DNA from: a virus | Strand: one strand, 5' to 3' | DNA length: 64,000 bases | IMG/VR virus record: IMGVR_UViG_3300028025_002044 | Coordinates: 12,450 to 76,449 of that record | In this document: piece by piece, positions 46,701-52,700 of the stretch | Numbering within the stretch: position 1 is the first letter of the stretch | Layout: every line of letters starts with the position of its first letter | Translations under genes and position numbers: made by a program | Notes under the pieces: generated by a model | The model's database searches: none | What the model was told of the DNA's origin: nothing | Seen by the model: only the letters and a program-made list of their open reading frames with translations

Positions 46701-48922
46701 ACGCCATTTCCAAGACTTCCGCTGTCCCCCGGCATTCCAGAAATGTCTTGGGTTGCATCATCTGATACAGGTCCATCCGGAATAGTGACGTTAATATCGC
46801 TGGTATCGTTCGGGTCCTCGATGCCGTGAATTCTGTTATAGATACGCTGAAGAATTTCCTTACGGAATTCTTCCGGCGTGAATGTGTCCCTGTGATTTCT
46901 AGGGATGTCTATAGTTATCTGCCAGTGACTGAATTTGCCGTCAGGCTTTTTTTCTTGGCTACGCTTAGCAGTTCCCTTAGCATCCTTGCTATACGCAACT
47001 GTCGTAAACAAATCTTTGTGGACAAATGTTCCATCATTAGTTTTGACTGAGAAGTCGTCAAAAAGTCTGATGTTACCATTTTGATCGATTTCGTACTTAA
47101 GCTTGTTAGTTAGGTATCCAGAAGCGCCGATTTCTCCGCTTTCCGGCAATGGCTGAGCTGGCCGCTCTTCTGTGGTCGCTGGCTGGTCGCCCGCGGCTGG
47201 CTGTTCTACGCCAGGTATCGGCTCGCCGTTCTCGTCTTTAGTTGGCTTGTACGAGCGGTATTTCTGAGACAGCTCCTTAGATGGAAGAACTACAGTTCCA
47301 TCTTTATTGGTGTAGTACTTACCGATAAGCTCATCGACAGACCAGCCGTTGTCCATTCTCCAGTTGAGCTCGGCGTCATTAAGTTCTTTGATAACCTTGC
47401 CAACGGTTCCCTTGGTTAGGGTAGGTATCAAATCATTTATTTCTTTAGCTCTTGCCTCAGATACAATCCCTGGGTAGCGACCCTCGTTAATTCTGCGATT
47501 GATGCTGTCAATCTGCCTTTGCGTCGGAGCGTTCTCGTCGGCAGATGGCTGATCTGCGGTAGGTGTTGGTTTGGCTTCTTCGGTCTTGGCGGGTGCCGCT
47601 GACTTCATGTCAGCTTTTCTATTAACCTTCTTGCCTTTTTCGTCAATTCGGTGGAGTACAGGGGTCTGCCTAGGGATTCCTTTCAGAGTAAGTACCTGTC
47701 CAGTTTTAGCCAGCTCTATGGTGGCGTCGTAGGTAATCTTTAGTACATCTGCATTTTTATTCTCAGTAAATCCTACAAAGTACGCTTCTTGCTGAGAAGG
47801 TCCCTCGCCAACTAAAATTACATCCCCACGCTTTAAGTCTGGTATGAAAGTTTTTATGGTAGTTCTGGCAGGTTTTTTAGCGTCTACTGTGGCTTTCTTT
47901 TCTTTTTCCTGCTTAGGAAGATCAAACTTGTCCGTTGAGTCATAGCCATCAGAGACAAGAATGTCGCCATTTTCGTCAGCAAAATCTATTTTGAATGAGC
48001 CAGGGGCATTTTTACTGGCTTTCTTAGATGCAACGACCAGGGTCTTTCCGTCAATTACAACCGAGTCGCCCTTCTTTAGGTCCTTAGCGGTGACTTTTCC
48101 GCCGTCTTTGAATGCCATGAGCTGTAGGCGAGCTTTGACCGAAGCCTTTTCTTTATTGCCTTCTGCGCTATCTGCGTCCTCGGCTGGCACCCAGACTGTC
48201 AATAGGTCTTCAGGGTCGCTTTCAGTTCCTGGAGTACGCTCTCCGTCCTGCCAGCGAATTATTGGACGCACTTTGCCATTGACAAAGTCAACCTGAGTAA
48301 CAATACCTAGGCGGTTACCATTCTCGTCTCGGACGATTACACCGGCTTTTAGATCGCCGTATTTAATAGAACCAGACTCTGCAGTCTTGATGACCTCTTC
48401 AAGGTCAGGCATGTCTTCGACCTTGGAAGTAGCTGCTGCAATATCTTCATCGGTCGCTGGCTGAATGTTTAGGTCGTCAATGTTAGGAATATCGGTGTCT
48501 TTGCGAGCACCAACAATGTTTCCTCGAGTGTCTTCGCCAAGCTTGATGCCACGGCTACGCAGATAGTCTTCGCTAAGCGAGGTAAGAATCTCACGGAAGT
48601 TCTTGTTAGATACTTCAACAATTCCAGTGCCTAGAATCGGGTCGTCTTTTACGTAGAACCGGCCATAGCCAGGGCGAGAGGCAGGGCCGATGTAAATACC
48701 AGTACCGTTTTGAGTTGCCCCTCCTTTATCCCTAAACTTAAACTTGTGGCCACGGCCCATCTCAGCAAATCGACCAAAGCGGTCACGTAGCTGTTCCGCA
48801 GCGTTAGCGCGACGCTCCGCCGAGGTGTAGTTCTTCCACCAACCCCAGAGGCGACCAGCTAGACCTGCAGTAATAGGCTGCAGGCTGTCGTCGTCAGGGG
48901 CTGTAAAGAATAGGTCAGACAC
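34775..48922 (-). CDS. giant polyvalent protein (4715 aa): DEDDh exonuclease, two zincin metallopeptidases, VIP2-like ADP-ribosyltransferase, ParB/Srx, PIF1-like helicase, GNAT acetyltransferase
   Basis: FDTETTG...HSADADAED; HEYGH twice, each with S-x-Y...E-x-FAE; YHG...SSTS...EREVLL; LDGNHR; GKAGTGKS...DEISMV...TIHKLQG...YTALSR; YQRRHLAT. GTG start overlaps the upstream TAG; RBS AGGAG. Confidence 0.9.
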   Translation of the reverse strand: MSDLFFTAPDDDSLQPITAGLAGRLWGWWKNYTSAERRANAAEQLRDRFGRFAEMGRGHKFKFRDKGGATQNGTGIYIGPASRPGYGRFYVKDDPILGTGIVEVSNKNFREILTSLSEDYLRSRGIKLGEDTRGNIVGARKDTDIPNIDDLNIQPATDEDIAAATSKVEDMPDLEEVIKTAESGSIKYGDLKAGVIVRDENGNRLGIVTQVDFVNGKVRPIIRWQDGERTPGTESDPEDLLTVWVPAEDADSAEGNKEKASVKARLQLMAFKDGGKVTAKDLKKGDSVVIDGKTLVVASKKASKNAPGSFKIDFADENGDILVSDGYDSTDKFDLPKQEKEKKATVDAKKPARTTIKTFIPDLKRGDVILVGEGPSQQEAYFVGFTENKNADVLKITYDATIELAKTGQVLTLKGIPRQTPVLHRIDEKGKKVNRKADMKSAAPAKTEEAKPTPTADQPSADENAPTQRQIDSINRRINEGRYPGIVSEARAKEINDLIPTLTKGTVGKVIKELNDAELNWRMDNGWSVDELIGKYYTNKDGTVVLPSKELSQKYRSYKPTKDENGEPIPGVEQPAAGDQPATTEERPAQPLPESGEIGASGYLTNKLKYEIDQNGNIRLFDDFSVKTNDGTFVHKDLFTTVAYSKDAKGTAKRSQEKKPDGKFSHWQITIDIPRNHRDTFTPEEFRKEILQRIYNRIHGIEDPNDTSDINVTIPDGPVSDDATQDISGMPGDSGSLGNGVGYSIDKRGNVVIHGDIDQGTPNGDAVDRIVFGNHEGYTLVAQVDDVTGALVINLDSENKSIPISQHAKTLLNALKESLSASEPEPEPEPEPEPEQETEVSTSEPRRLANGELADPTRGERTGEAGNGQLGPDSMQVEFSRFQDRTLGIFVKRGDDLPQPEFDPNNLQQATDWVKYQDLVIRQAIRKAISLALSLSKEDTPSFVLGKAGHQLEMNADLTPSEWKSLLDNISDAIADAVDNMPAEIQKWVNRDNEKKAAEEAAKKKKDDADAAEKASWEELHGSVLSPSQRSGFLGQLKDAVANGIITKERETEIKNQMRDGKFGTKDLELVQAELSGEKPAEESEAEAEEDKPESSTELILEDGKSVPNALDLVIKSLPKDVQEKFNRLFSRITTDKYYSISEDKIESDLRIYFDFIDTVVSKAMNLLVERYERQSSEGNADAEDILNSSADALIAYINDRYYWSQVYNRIVLDTVGEDRLLDYVDNYKERLIETVNSQRQDQLKSRREKLAAWKEKHGEPLNESQKDKLVDSVIDAYVEDYITEERKEELIAQIKGKDFGTKDIDKFLADLEKEKAASEDTSGEPEAEEDQPTEEPAAEPEPEADQPAATPTPKPFIPATTNVGAIRDLIDAASDADKPKWDKNVVLPAVVGKSAGGAVRVDDSMFRPATGKTIADIRIEIFDAFGNDAGFVTAIGKWEATDDEVDLFVSQAKDILAEAIAEANKVFNDLQSKSDTVLEASDDLLTIVVNRVRQALSDRGIIEAEGIDNLPKTQEELDSIRSPEPEAKPAVDEAKQREIEELKTAGPHELKHFEEIVPGTFVEVKEDGKPSVWKKVKSVSKIKYREEGKDYISYVDVVYEDDTDQRIVESFSMPMVSQVNPLTGEFEEQDEDEERELTPDRELETVQGSEIVVGDLVWDRIRGFARVMSKPKPDDKDPNVLLIEITRPGDTTPRRLRVRRTSKLSIAKRDGSTAPSTPAPGGEPSRPTPTPEPRPTPAPRPEPRKPGKQETRVRTTRVYFMNPSKRNSPKLFTMAAWNTQAEKDRILGELRKMEDRRRADYDARVESGEDVEPYRPLFLFQDGFDFSSEVATKKELQSVARRLSIPGLLSPEEIKKIAGDLPSMNKAKVFDLISKLDNLELDWRIANGYPVSDLLAKRAPRGYDMSKLDGYVPTKSLSDLPPVHVQEVNPKPAAMSFLSDKNIGTPLGMVLNPTTMDVGRDRQPTPGAFTGSLLDAVQGKNWAEVLDFIKNLDTPIYYFDTETTGISDYDGDNQPNNAVQVGIVKVEKGEVTGRFNIYLNPEAPLGEWSAANLKRDVVSPTGEVIGDDLVTDEWLSKQMSTEEAVRQMIEFMGNNPLIGGQNVPFDLEVLQRMLDKAGVTDFSVAGTVDSKDLIDAIIPKYDPENGVDGPKKETEKGSGNFVSTTSLGYVAKFLGFDTTRWHSADADAEDAFRLVMRSLEMASQKPNEKLEALDKDALAKRYSERMNKFLSGISPNGPATDKQNGTDKYGFRKYLEKSGFDTDEQERILAPIKGMTRAQAAEYISEFIKANDKRGGNTPSTKLSLQRFIDDAGSTISDSVLSGMRGVDVSEVTGSKKKRLIKSVLNNKKASIDVNYARNKFLASALGGPDKLSEIYQNPTEENLAKLEEAEALFEAKMQDRSSLENMVALKVGKNSYITYNKADGVEITPTHLEKLAKMITKAREIAPVGNRKLTVSLITNEEMALLYQDMPEFMGTSAFFTFTGGNLNIALRKESFYENRFDPRFTEGPGGRRRLHNSGNIPESVLTFLHEYGHAYHRAIFGSTLRNNEVFELAKDFKERFENTYISSYGEGDHSEKFAELFFDFLYSRMANQAPANQEFTDYMDALISDMNVKPVNVFDLVVEHIVEKKNRSKPMLMRMPSASVGGVPVDGLVEITGENLRELERSMEGYSKGNWLAGTDSESGLVPSLVDANGNFNETYFRKNYLENMYSPAELSRMSQEDIDALRLGFIAKVKQASSDQSTYRVFQIDGTNQFIRVKDAIATPEMLSDIVANARVLGALNNLGNVPTYYTVFPNGSFTYETLIDNEDVGGIAATAGEHGVFFGLSTAGYGNKNAQVGGTNAVMGGPDAKDRFSRTQIHEYGHGIGSLYMGDESMPLYREFEEKFGDKPMSNYGATSVRENFAEYFYAMYMWVTEKGVIPPYLRDFVDFYNEKIAGKNPIGVRPREVISMASSESSKPNFPEPAEEPELIVEFNRRRSFYENGLTPVGTNLGEDDSAFIRSIYSSTLNAEKDYLSTRNNPNSSEGTKELAKTKFMAHVGALKSAYDGLVFGKADKYNLAKHFQDPKFQFMNFSDEWKDDEQGYPVIWDGYYDMPRTYADPVDKDIFTAEEKSALKNYGYSGWRWISNLLEGKEMSRTVADMTESMLRGLTAAFAKPEAKLDRNMYLYHGSTGNPGDAQHDALIDAQPGDEITLPSFSSTSMSPVVAYDDFGPGSASLLSNEEGFFLIIRAPKGSNAIVMPQGLTYKDGEREVLLNAGAKLRVLEVSRSPRLDSEGYEIPNAFSTYIEADLVSTESIPDREFETPAGITRAANFEQDLDYLTASYADSFNNGLDISTDPDGGLGSSNSVVGYVKPSALAGMPGNTDLDKDKIEKMVRSMGLGALPATPIIISYNPANKTAFVLDGNHRIAAAIEANVPFLPTMVVTNYVASSNSKKLDKGWAIAPFGFDTEEANAERWPDSFHPYFIFNNEDMLTPATGQGKPMFMQFEPRVWSSKVEPKSVPERFRPEESSSEETSQYDLEQLHPGAYVMNKKTGKIGVVYGEMVNPGEGTSSGLIVKYLDGSEDSYDTGFFVDDEFDEKGVRRVQSGLPSVAGYSDIRYYTLKITNPADIENVTESFITPGTDGILVGDTMFGVIKGTDKRGKIVGFPAKGALTIAIADENGDFSFENIPLSDFLPIQKQRYSVVPGELAFHSDDMMPTKDDLDLIFIKATNLYNWGYLPEPVYKAVLESVRGKFLTKSGTKDLAEYLIKFDSLRAKKIDGKKADKMAAPRKRSDAPIQEAPVTQQRPVPENVGNMTVDQFLDYLRDQPKTTPMFMKYENGEENTSPSIETQVTVNPPTTADLRTVQDILQESGVVSDQRARELWSVLPLIDANLVEAVKKDLLGALLDKRIANGEPVSGIDIPEGFDKSKLENYVPKNNLDGSPIQIPAVKNKEQRATVEGDLSAEQQWLYNHLESTKSPVFITGKAGTGKSFLLKFFRDFTEKIIAVVSFTGTAAENVGGTTIHSLFGLKPGIVYGETPASQLIIGNAKKKAKIRAALAALDTLVVDEISMVSADLLDAMDRILRNVKGKPFVPFGGVQFVGFGDVYQLSPFVGKRDVQLKDYMEKNYRSMFFFDARAWVDQPLEVYELSEVFRQSDPEFKKVLNNIRVGRFTQEDLDFINQAGMRPVAQSVNDLIYAVTTNALADEINQEEMDKLGNVKSQTYTGEFGGAGQPAFDMLPAPEKLFLKVGAQVMFTRNDTPSSSKDSVDQESGQGQKTARRWVNGTIGKVVALEEDHVKVRVGDNVYDVYPSMWDKVGYDASQQVDSISNQVTNKLTPFTEATYEQIPLMLAWAATIHKLQGKTISNLKVDLGDGAFATGQLYTALSRVKGLDGLYLERPVRMTDVKVDRNAKRFADAATESDSPDSAAPMLMKFGGEPFDPADPNLDLDKERAYDFTSGPYGIPLQDYQEAELKSYADMIAEAEKQFGSNSNRVKNLKSIRRQHYDSWFSVPAMREDNIMEKATENLDIDFDGATTTERETPTVVESTTKITASYKDRYGRPYKLSAKVSLKESDYDPQALDTYIWIDAYDPANPSAGAVATFGTKIGDPMADGLANEMYIDGIYTNEPYQRRHLATGLLAFANKLTNRKIYHSDKLTKMGYSFMQSVELDDSRKAIDYPSLAESQDNDEDAISIDMAKLSETKSSAEITDLLQKLNANQIPYRIKY
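46418..46460 (-). repeat. Glu-Pro dipeptide repeat linker
   Basis: About six GGCTC(T/C) hexamer copies on + encoding EPEPEPEPEPEPE. Confidence 0.85.
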
Positions 48923-49200
48923 TACTTAATCTCCTGTGAGCCGTAGAGTTCCTGGTACTTTTCTGGGTTGTTTTTTGTCCACTCCAAAAAATAGTCTAAA
49001 TCTTCCCTAGTCTGGTTGAATAGGTTTTTTGCTGGGTCCATGCCGGTGCGCAACTTAAGCTCTTCTCTGGCATCTTCGTTTTTAATAACTTCCCACAGAA
49101 ACTTTAGGTCAGAGTCAGTAGCAGTTTTTAGGTCAATTTCGACATTCTGAGCCGAAACACCGCTGGTAAGGCGAACACTAATTACCTTGCTTTCAGCCAT
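48922..49200 (-). CDS. small helical protein, paralog of 49200..49472
   Basis: Shares AREELK-x-R-x-G-x-DP-x-K...W-x-KN with its neighbour; translationally coupled on both sides. Confidence 0.8.
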   Translation of the reverse strand: MAESKVISVRLTSGVSAQNVEIDLKTATDSDLKFLWEVIKNEDAREELKLRTGMDPAKNLFNQTREDLDYFLEWTKNNPEKYQELYGSQEIK

Positions 49201-49472
49201 TATTCGTTCGACCCTTCGTCACTAGATTCAACTATAATTTTATCCCGATTTGCCGAAGTCTGATTTTTCTTCCATCTGGTGTAGAATTTTACATCAGCAG
49301 GGGTGTAGTCTTCTACGGCCTTGTACGGGTCAAACCCAATACGATTCTTTAGTTCTTCCCTAGCCTGAGCTATGTTCATTTTTGCGTATATACGCAGCTC
49401 TGCCTCAGAAATCTCAGAAAAGACAACATCGACTACTTTAGACCCGTCCGGGCCGTCAATAATTATTTGCAT
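49200..49472 (-). CDS. small helical protein, paralog of 48922..49200
   Basis: AREELKNRIGFDPYK...RWKKN; RBS AAAGGA. Confidence 0.8.
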   Translation of the reverse strand: MQIIIDGPDGSKVVDVVFSEISEAELRIYAKMNIAQAREELKNRIGFDPYKAVEDYTPADVKFYTRWKKNQTSANRDKIIVESSDEGSNE

Positions 49473-49500
49473 AGGTATCCTTTGTGTAAGCAGATACAGC

Positions 49501-49632
49501 TTACTGGGCGATTTCTGACTTGTCTAGTTCTAAATCATAATCCTCTGCGTCGTCTGCATTAGGAGAGGCAATTCCCAACCAATACTCTGGGTCGGTTTCT
49601 GGGTCGAAGTTATCAGGGTTGTAGCGGTCCAT
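49501..49632 (-). CDS. small acidic protein (43 aa)
   Basis: Hand translation MDRYNPDNFDPETDPEYWLGIASPNADDAEDYDLELDKSEIAQ*; RBS AGGAG. Confidence 0.65.
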   Translation of the reverse strand: MDRYNPDNFDPETDPEYWLGIASPNADDAEDYDLELDKSEIAQ

Positions 49633-49654
49633 AGCGTCTCCTGTCAAAAGTAAT

Positions 49655-49675
49655 CCTTTATAGTATAGCAAGGAA
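49655..49675 (-). promoter_or_regulatory. putative extended -10 promoter (TG-C-TATACT)
   Basis: Minus strand TTGCTATACTATAAAG directly downstream of a terminator. Confidence 0.55.
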
Positions 49676-49687
49676 TGTTAAATTTGA

Positions 49688-49713
49688 TAAAAGTAAAGCC
49701 CCCTTTCGGGGGC
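49688..49713 (-). terminator. rho-independent terminator after the 3115-aa gene
   Basis: GCCCCC-GAAA-GGGGGC followed by TTTACTTTT on the minus strand. Confidence 0.85.
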
Positions 49714-49727
49714 CTCACTTTTTTGTT

Positions 49728-52700
49728 TTATGCAGGAGTTATGGTCGCATCTCCATCTAGATTTTTCTTTAGCTCGGATAGAATTCTCATTCTGTCTCCA
49801 AGGCCGGTCTCACCGCTTAGGGTTACGAACCAGTACTTGTTCCTTCCGTGGAAGATGAAACTAAATGGACGCTTCTTACCTTCCGGTACAATTCCCGTAC
49901 CCTTGATAATTTCTTTGTTGGCTGCGGTGTTACCCATAAGGATTACGCTCTCACCTTCGATGCGATAGTTAACGCCCTTGCCAAGTCCGCCAGAAGTTCC
50001 GTCTTCGCCAGTAATCTCGCCCTGAGGCATTTCAATAGCTTCTACGGTCTTAGCTTCGGTTTCTTCGTTCAGGTCAACCATGCCATCGACAGATGCCCAG
50101 TATCCACCAAGAATGTGCTCTACAGCCTTGCTAGCTAGCGATGCAGCCTCGTGAAGAGCGTTAGGGTCGCCCTTTAGCCACTCAGCCCATGACTGAACAT
50201 AAGCAGCAACGTTCTCAATTGAGGTGTTGACGTTCATCATCTGAGCAAGAATTGCAGAGCCAATCTCAGCGATAAGCTCCTCACGAGCACGGACATCCTT
50301 GTGGGTGCCGTAGTTGGCTAGTAAGTCCTTGCGGTCTAGACGGTTCTGGTGTCCGGTGCTGTGGGTGAGCTCGTGGAACAACGTGTCTAGGTGCTCTTCA
50401 GTGCTGCCGAACTGGTTTCTTAGAGGCAGTCTAATGACGTCCTCTGTAGGGCTCCAGTAAGCACTGTCCTGAGGGATGTACTCGATTGCAGGCTTGTCGG
50501 TGTAGCTATCAAGAACAATGCCTTCAACCTCAGAGATTGCAGGCGGGTCCTTGCGAACAAGCTGAGGAAGCTCTATGCCTTGGATTTCGTCTTCGTTGTA
50601 AACGATGTCTAGGCCCATCTTGGCAAACTTCTTAGTGACCGTTCTGGTCTCTGTCTTAGTCTTGTCAGGGTTGTCTGGGTCCGGAACCTGTACTTGCTCT
50701 TCCTTGTCGTACTTCTTGGTCGACACGAAAGTAATAATTACGCCAGGGTCCTTACCATCTTCACGCTTGTTGACGTAACCGCCAAGCTTGCTGATGGCGT
50801 TCTTGGTGTACCACCTGGTCCCCTGGTACTCGCGGTTCATACCGACTGCCATAAGAGCTAGCAGGTTCAATCCTCGGTAGACGCGTCCGGTAGCACCCGA
50901 AGTAGGCAAGAAGCCTCCTTCTCCGGTCCAAGGCTTCTTCCAAGGAATAATTCCCTTCTCCATGGCCTCGAGAATGCTGGCAACAACCGTGCTAACAACT
51001 TCCTGGTTGCTCTTGTTGACGCTCTTGATTTCTTCAGTCAAGTCAACCTTGATAGGGTTTTCGTCCGAGCCTAGCTCGCCTGGCTTAGGAGTTACTGCCT
51101 GGTTGTCATCAATGTTGTCGGCCGCATCGAATGCCATAAGCATAAGGTTTTCGGTCTGAGTGCCATCTGACTCGCCTAAGCGTAGAGACAGTTCTTCAAT
51201 CTTGGCTCGTAGCCCTAGAATCATGCTTCTATTCTTACCTGCTGAACCACCAAGAGAACCGGTCGGAGAGCGTAGCGCCCATCTCTCAGCGTAGGTTAGA
51301 AGTTTAGGGTCTAGGTTTCCGCTGAGCAACTGCTGAAGTGCTTCTTTAGCTGTAGCGAGATTACTCTGGTCTATCTTTTTAAAGTAATCCGGGTCAGCTT
51401 GGATATCAGCAATTTGCTGCTCTAGTGAAGAAATCTGTCTCTCCAACTCCTCATCGGGGAGGTAGGCAACTTCTCTATCAGCCGGCTTCCGAGAGAGTTC
51501 TCTCTTAGCTTCGTCAATAGACTTCTCAATGTTGGCAATCATTTGCTCGTTGTACGCTGGGTAGTTGAACTCTCCAGGCTCTCCGGCAAAGCTCATTAAC
51601 TGAGGCTTCTTGCTGTTGGCTTTTCTTTCGTCAGCAATTTTCTTGTCTACCTTGGCTAGCTCTTTTTCAAGGGCCGCTATTTCTTTGACGAACTTGTTAG
51701 CCTCTCCACTTGTCTCTATCTCGGCAATCTTCGCAGAGATTTCGGCGCGTTCCTTAGTAAGCTCTGGTGATACTGCAGAGTTAGAAATAGTAACGGTGTC
51801 CGGCTTGTTAGTAGGAGCCTTCTTTTCTTTACCAGTCTTCTCAAAGTTTCCGTCAACAAAGAATGCAAGTGATCCAGGGTATAGAACTTTAATAGCACGG
51901 GTAAGAGCTACATATGCAATACGTAGTTCTTCAGGGTCCTGCCACTTAGGGAATTCTGGAGCTGGCTGGCCTTCCTCTGGCTCCTTCTCGCTGTCAGGGT
52001 TAAAGAAGTCGTCCCAGATTACGACTCTGTCGTATTCCAGACCCTTAGCGCCGTGAGTGTTGGTAGCAATTAGATTGGCGTCGGAACCACTGAGAGCCGC
52101 AGTAAGCTGCTCGACTAGATCGCTTCCTCCAGCAACCTTGTCAGCACCTTCAATAGGCTTTTCATACCAGTACTCCATCTTAGGCTTACCATTCTTATCT
52201 ACCTGCCCGGCTATCTCCCTGTAACGTGACTCAAAGCCCGCATTACGTAGAGTTAGACGGTTGTTGTAGGTTCCAGAGCGTTCCTGCTCGTCTGTAGAAT
52301 AGAATCTCTCTCCGGTATCCATTACCTTTAGCATGTCACCGTCTACTTTGTACTTGATGCCATTGCCTAGCTTTCCTTCTTTGGGAAGATACTTCTGGCC
52401 CTTAAGCTTTTCAGGAAGAGAGAATCCCTTCGTCTTAACTCTAAGGTTTGCTACAATCTCTTCAAGCTGGTCAATCGCATCGATTACGCTTCTTTTTTCA
52501 AAGTCGCGCTGGATTTTGCTAACGATATTGAAAATAGCATTTACTTCAGCATCGTTGCTATTCTGTTTCCTATCGATTAGGTCTTCCCAAGTTCTAAGTC
52601 CAACTAGTGGAGTGTAGAAGTTATTCGGCTTTCTGTTGTATTTGAATGGAGGGTCTTCTGGGCGTCTGGAATTAGCAGACTCGCGCATCAACCATCTGAC

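Noticed and set aside
43780-48370. D-L-x-x-G-D-x-V units as possible intein/Hint domains
   Set aside because: No N-terminal Cys/Ser block, no His-Asn splice junction and no LAGLIDADG motifs; they fit SH3/KOW-like barrels better.
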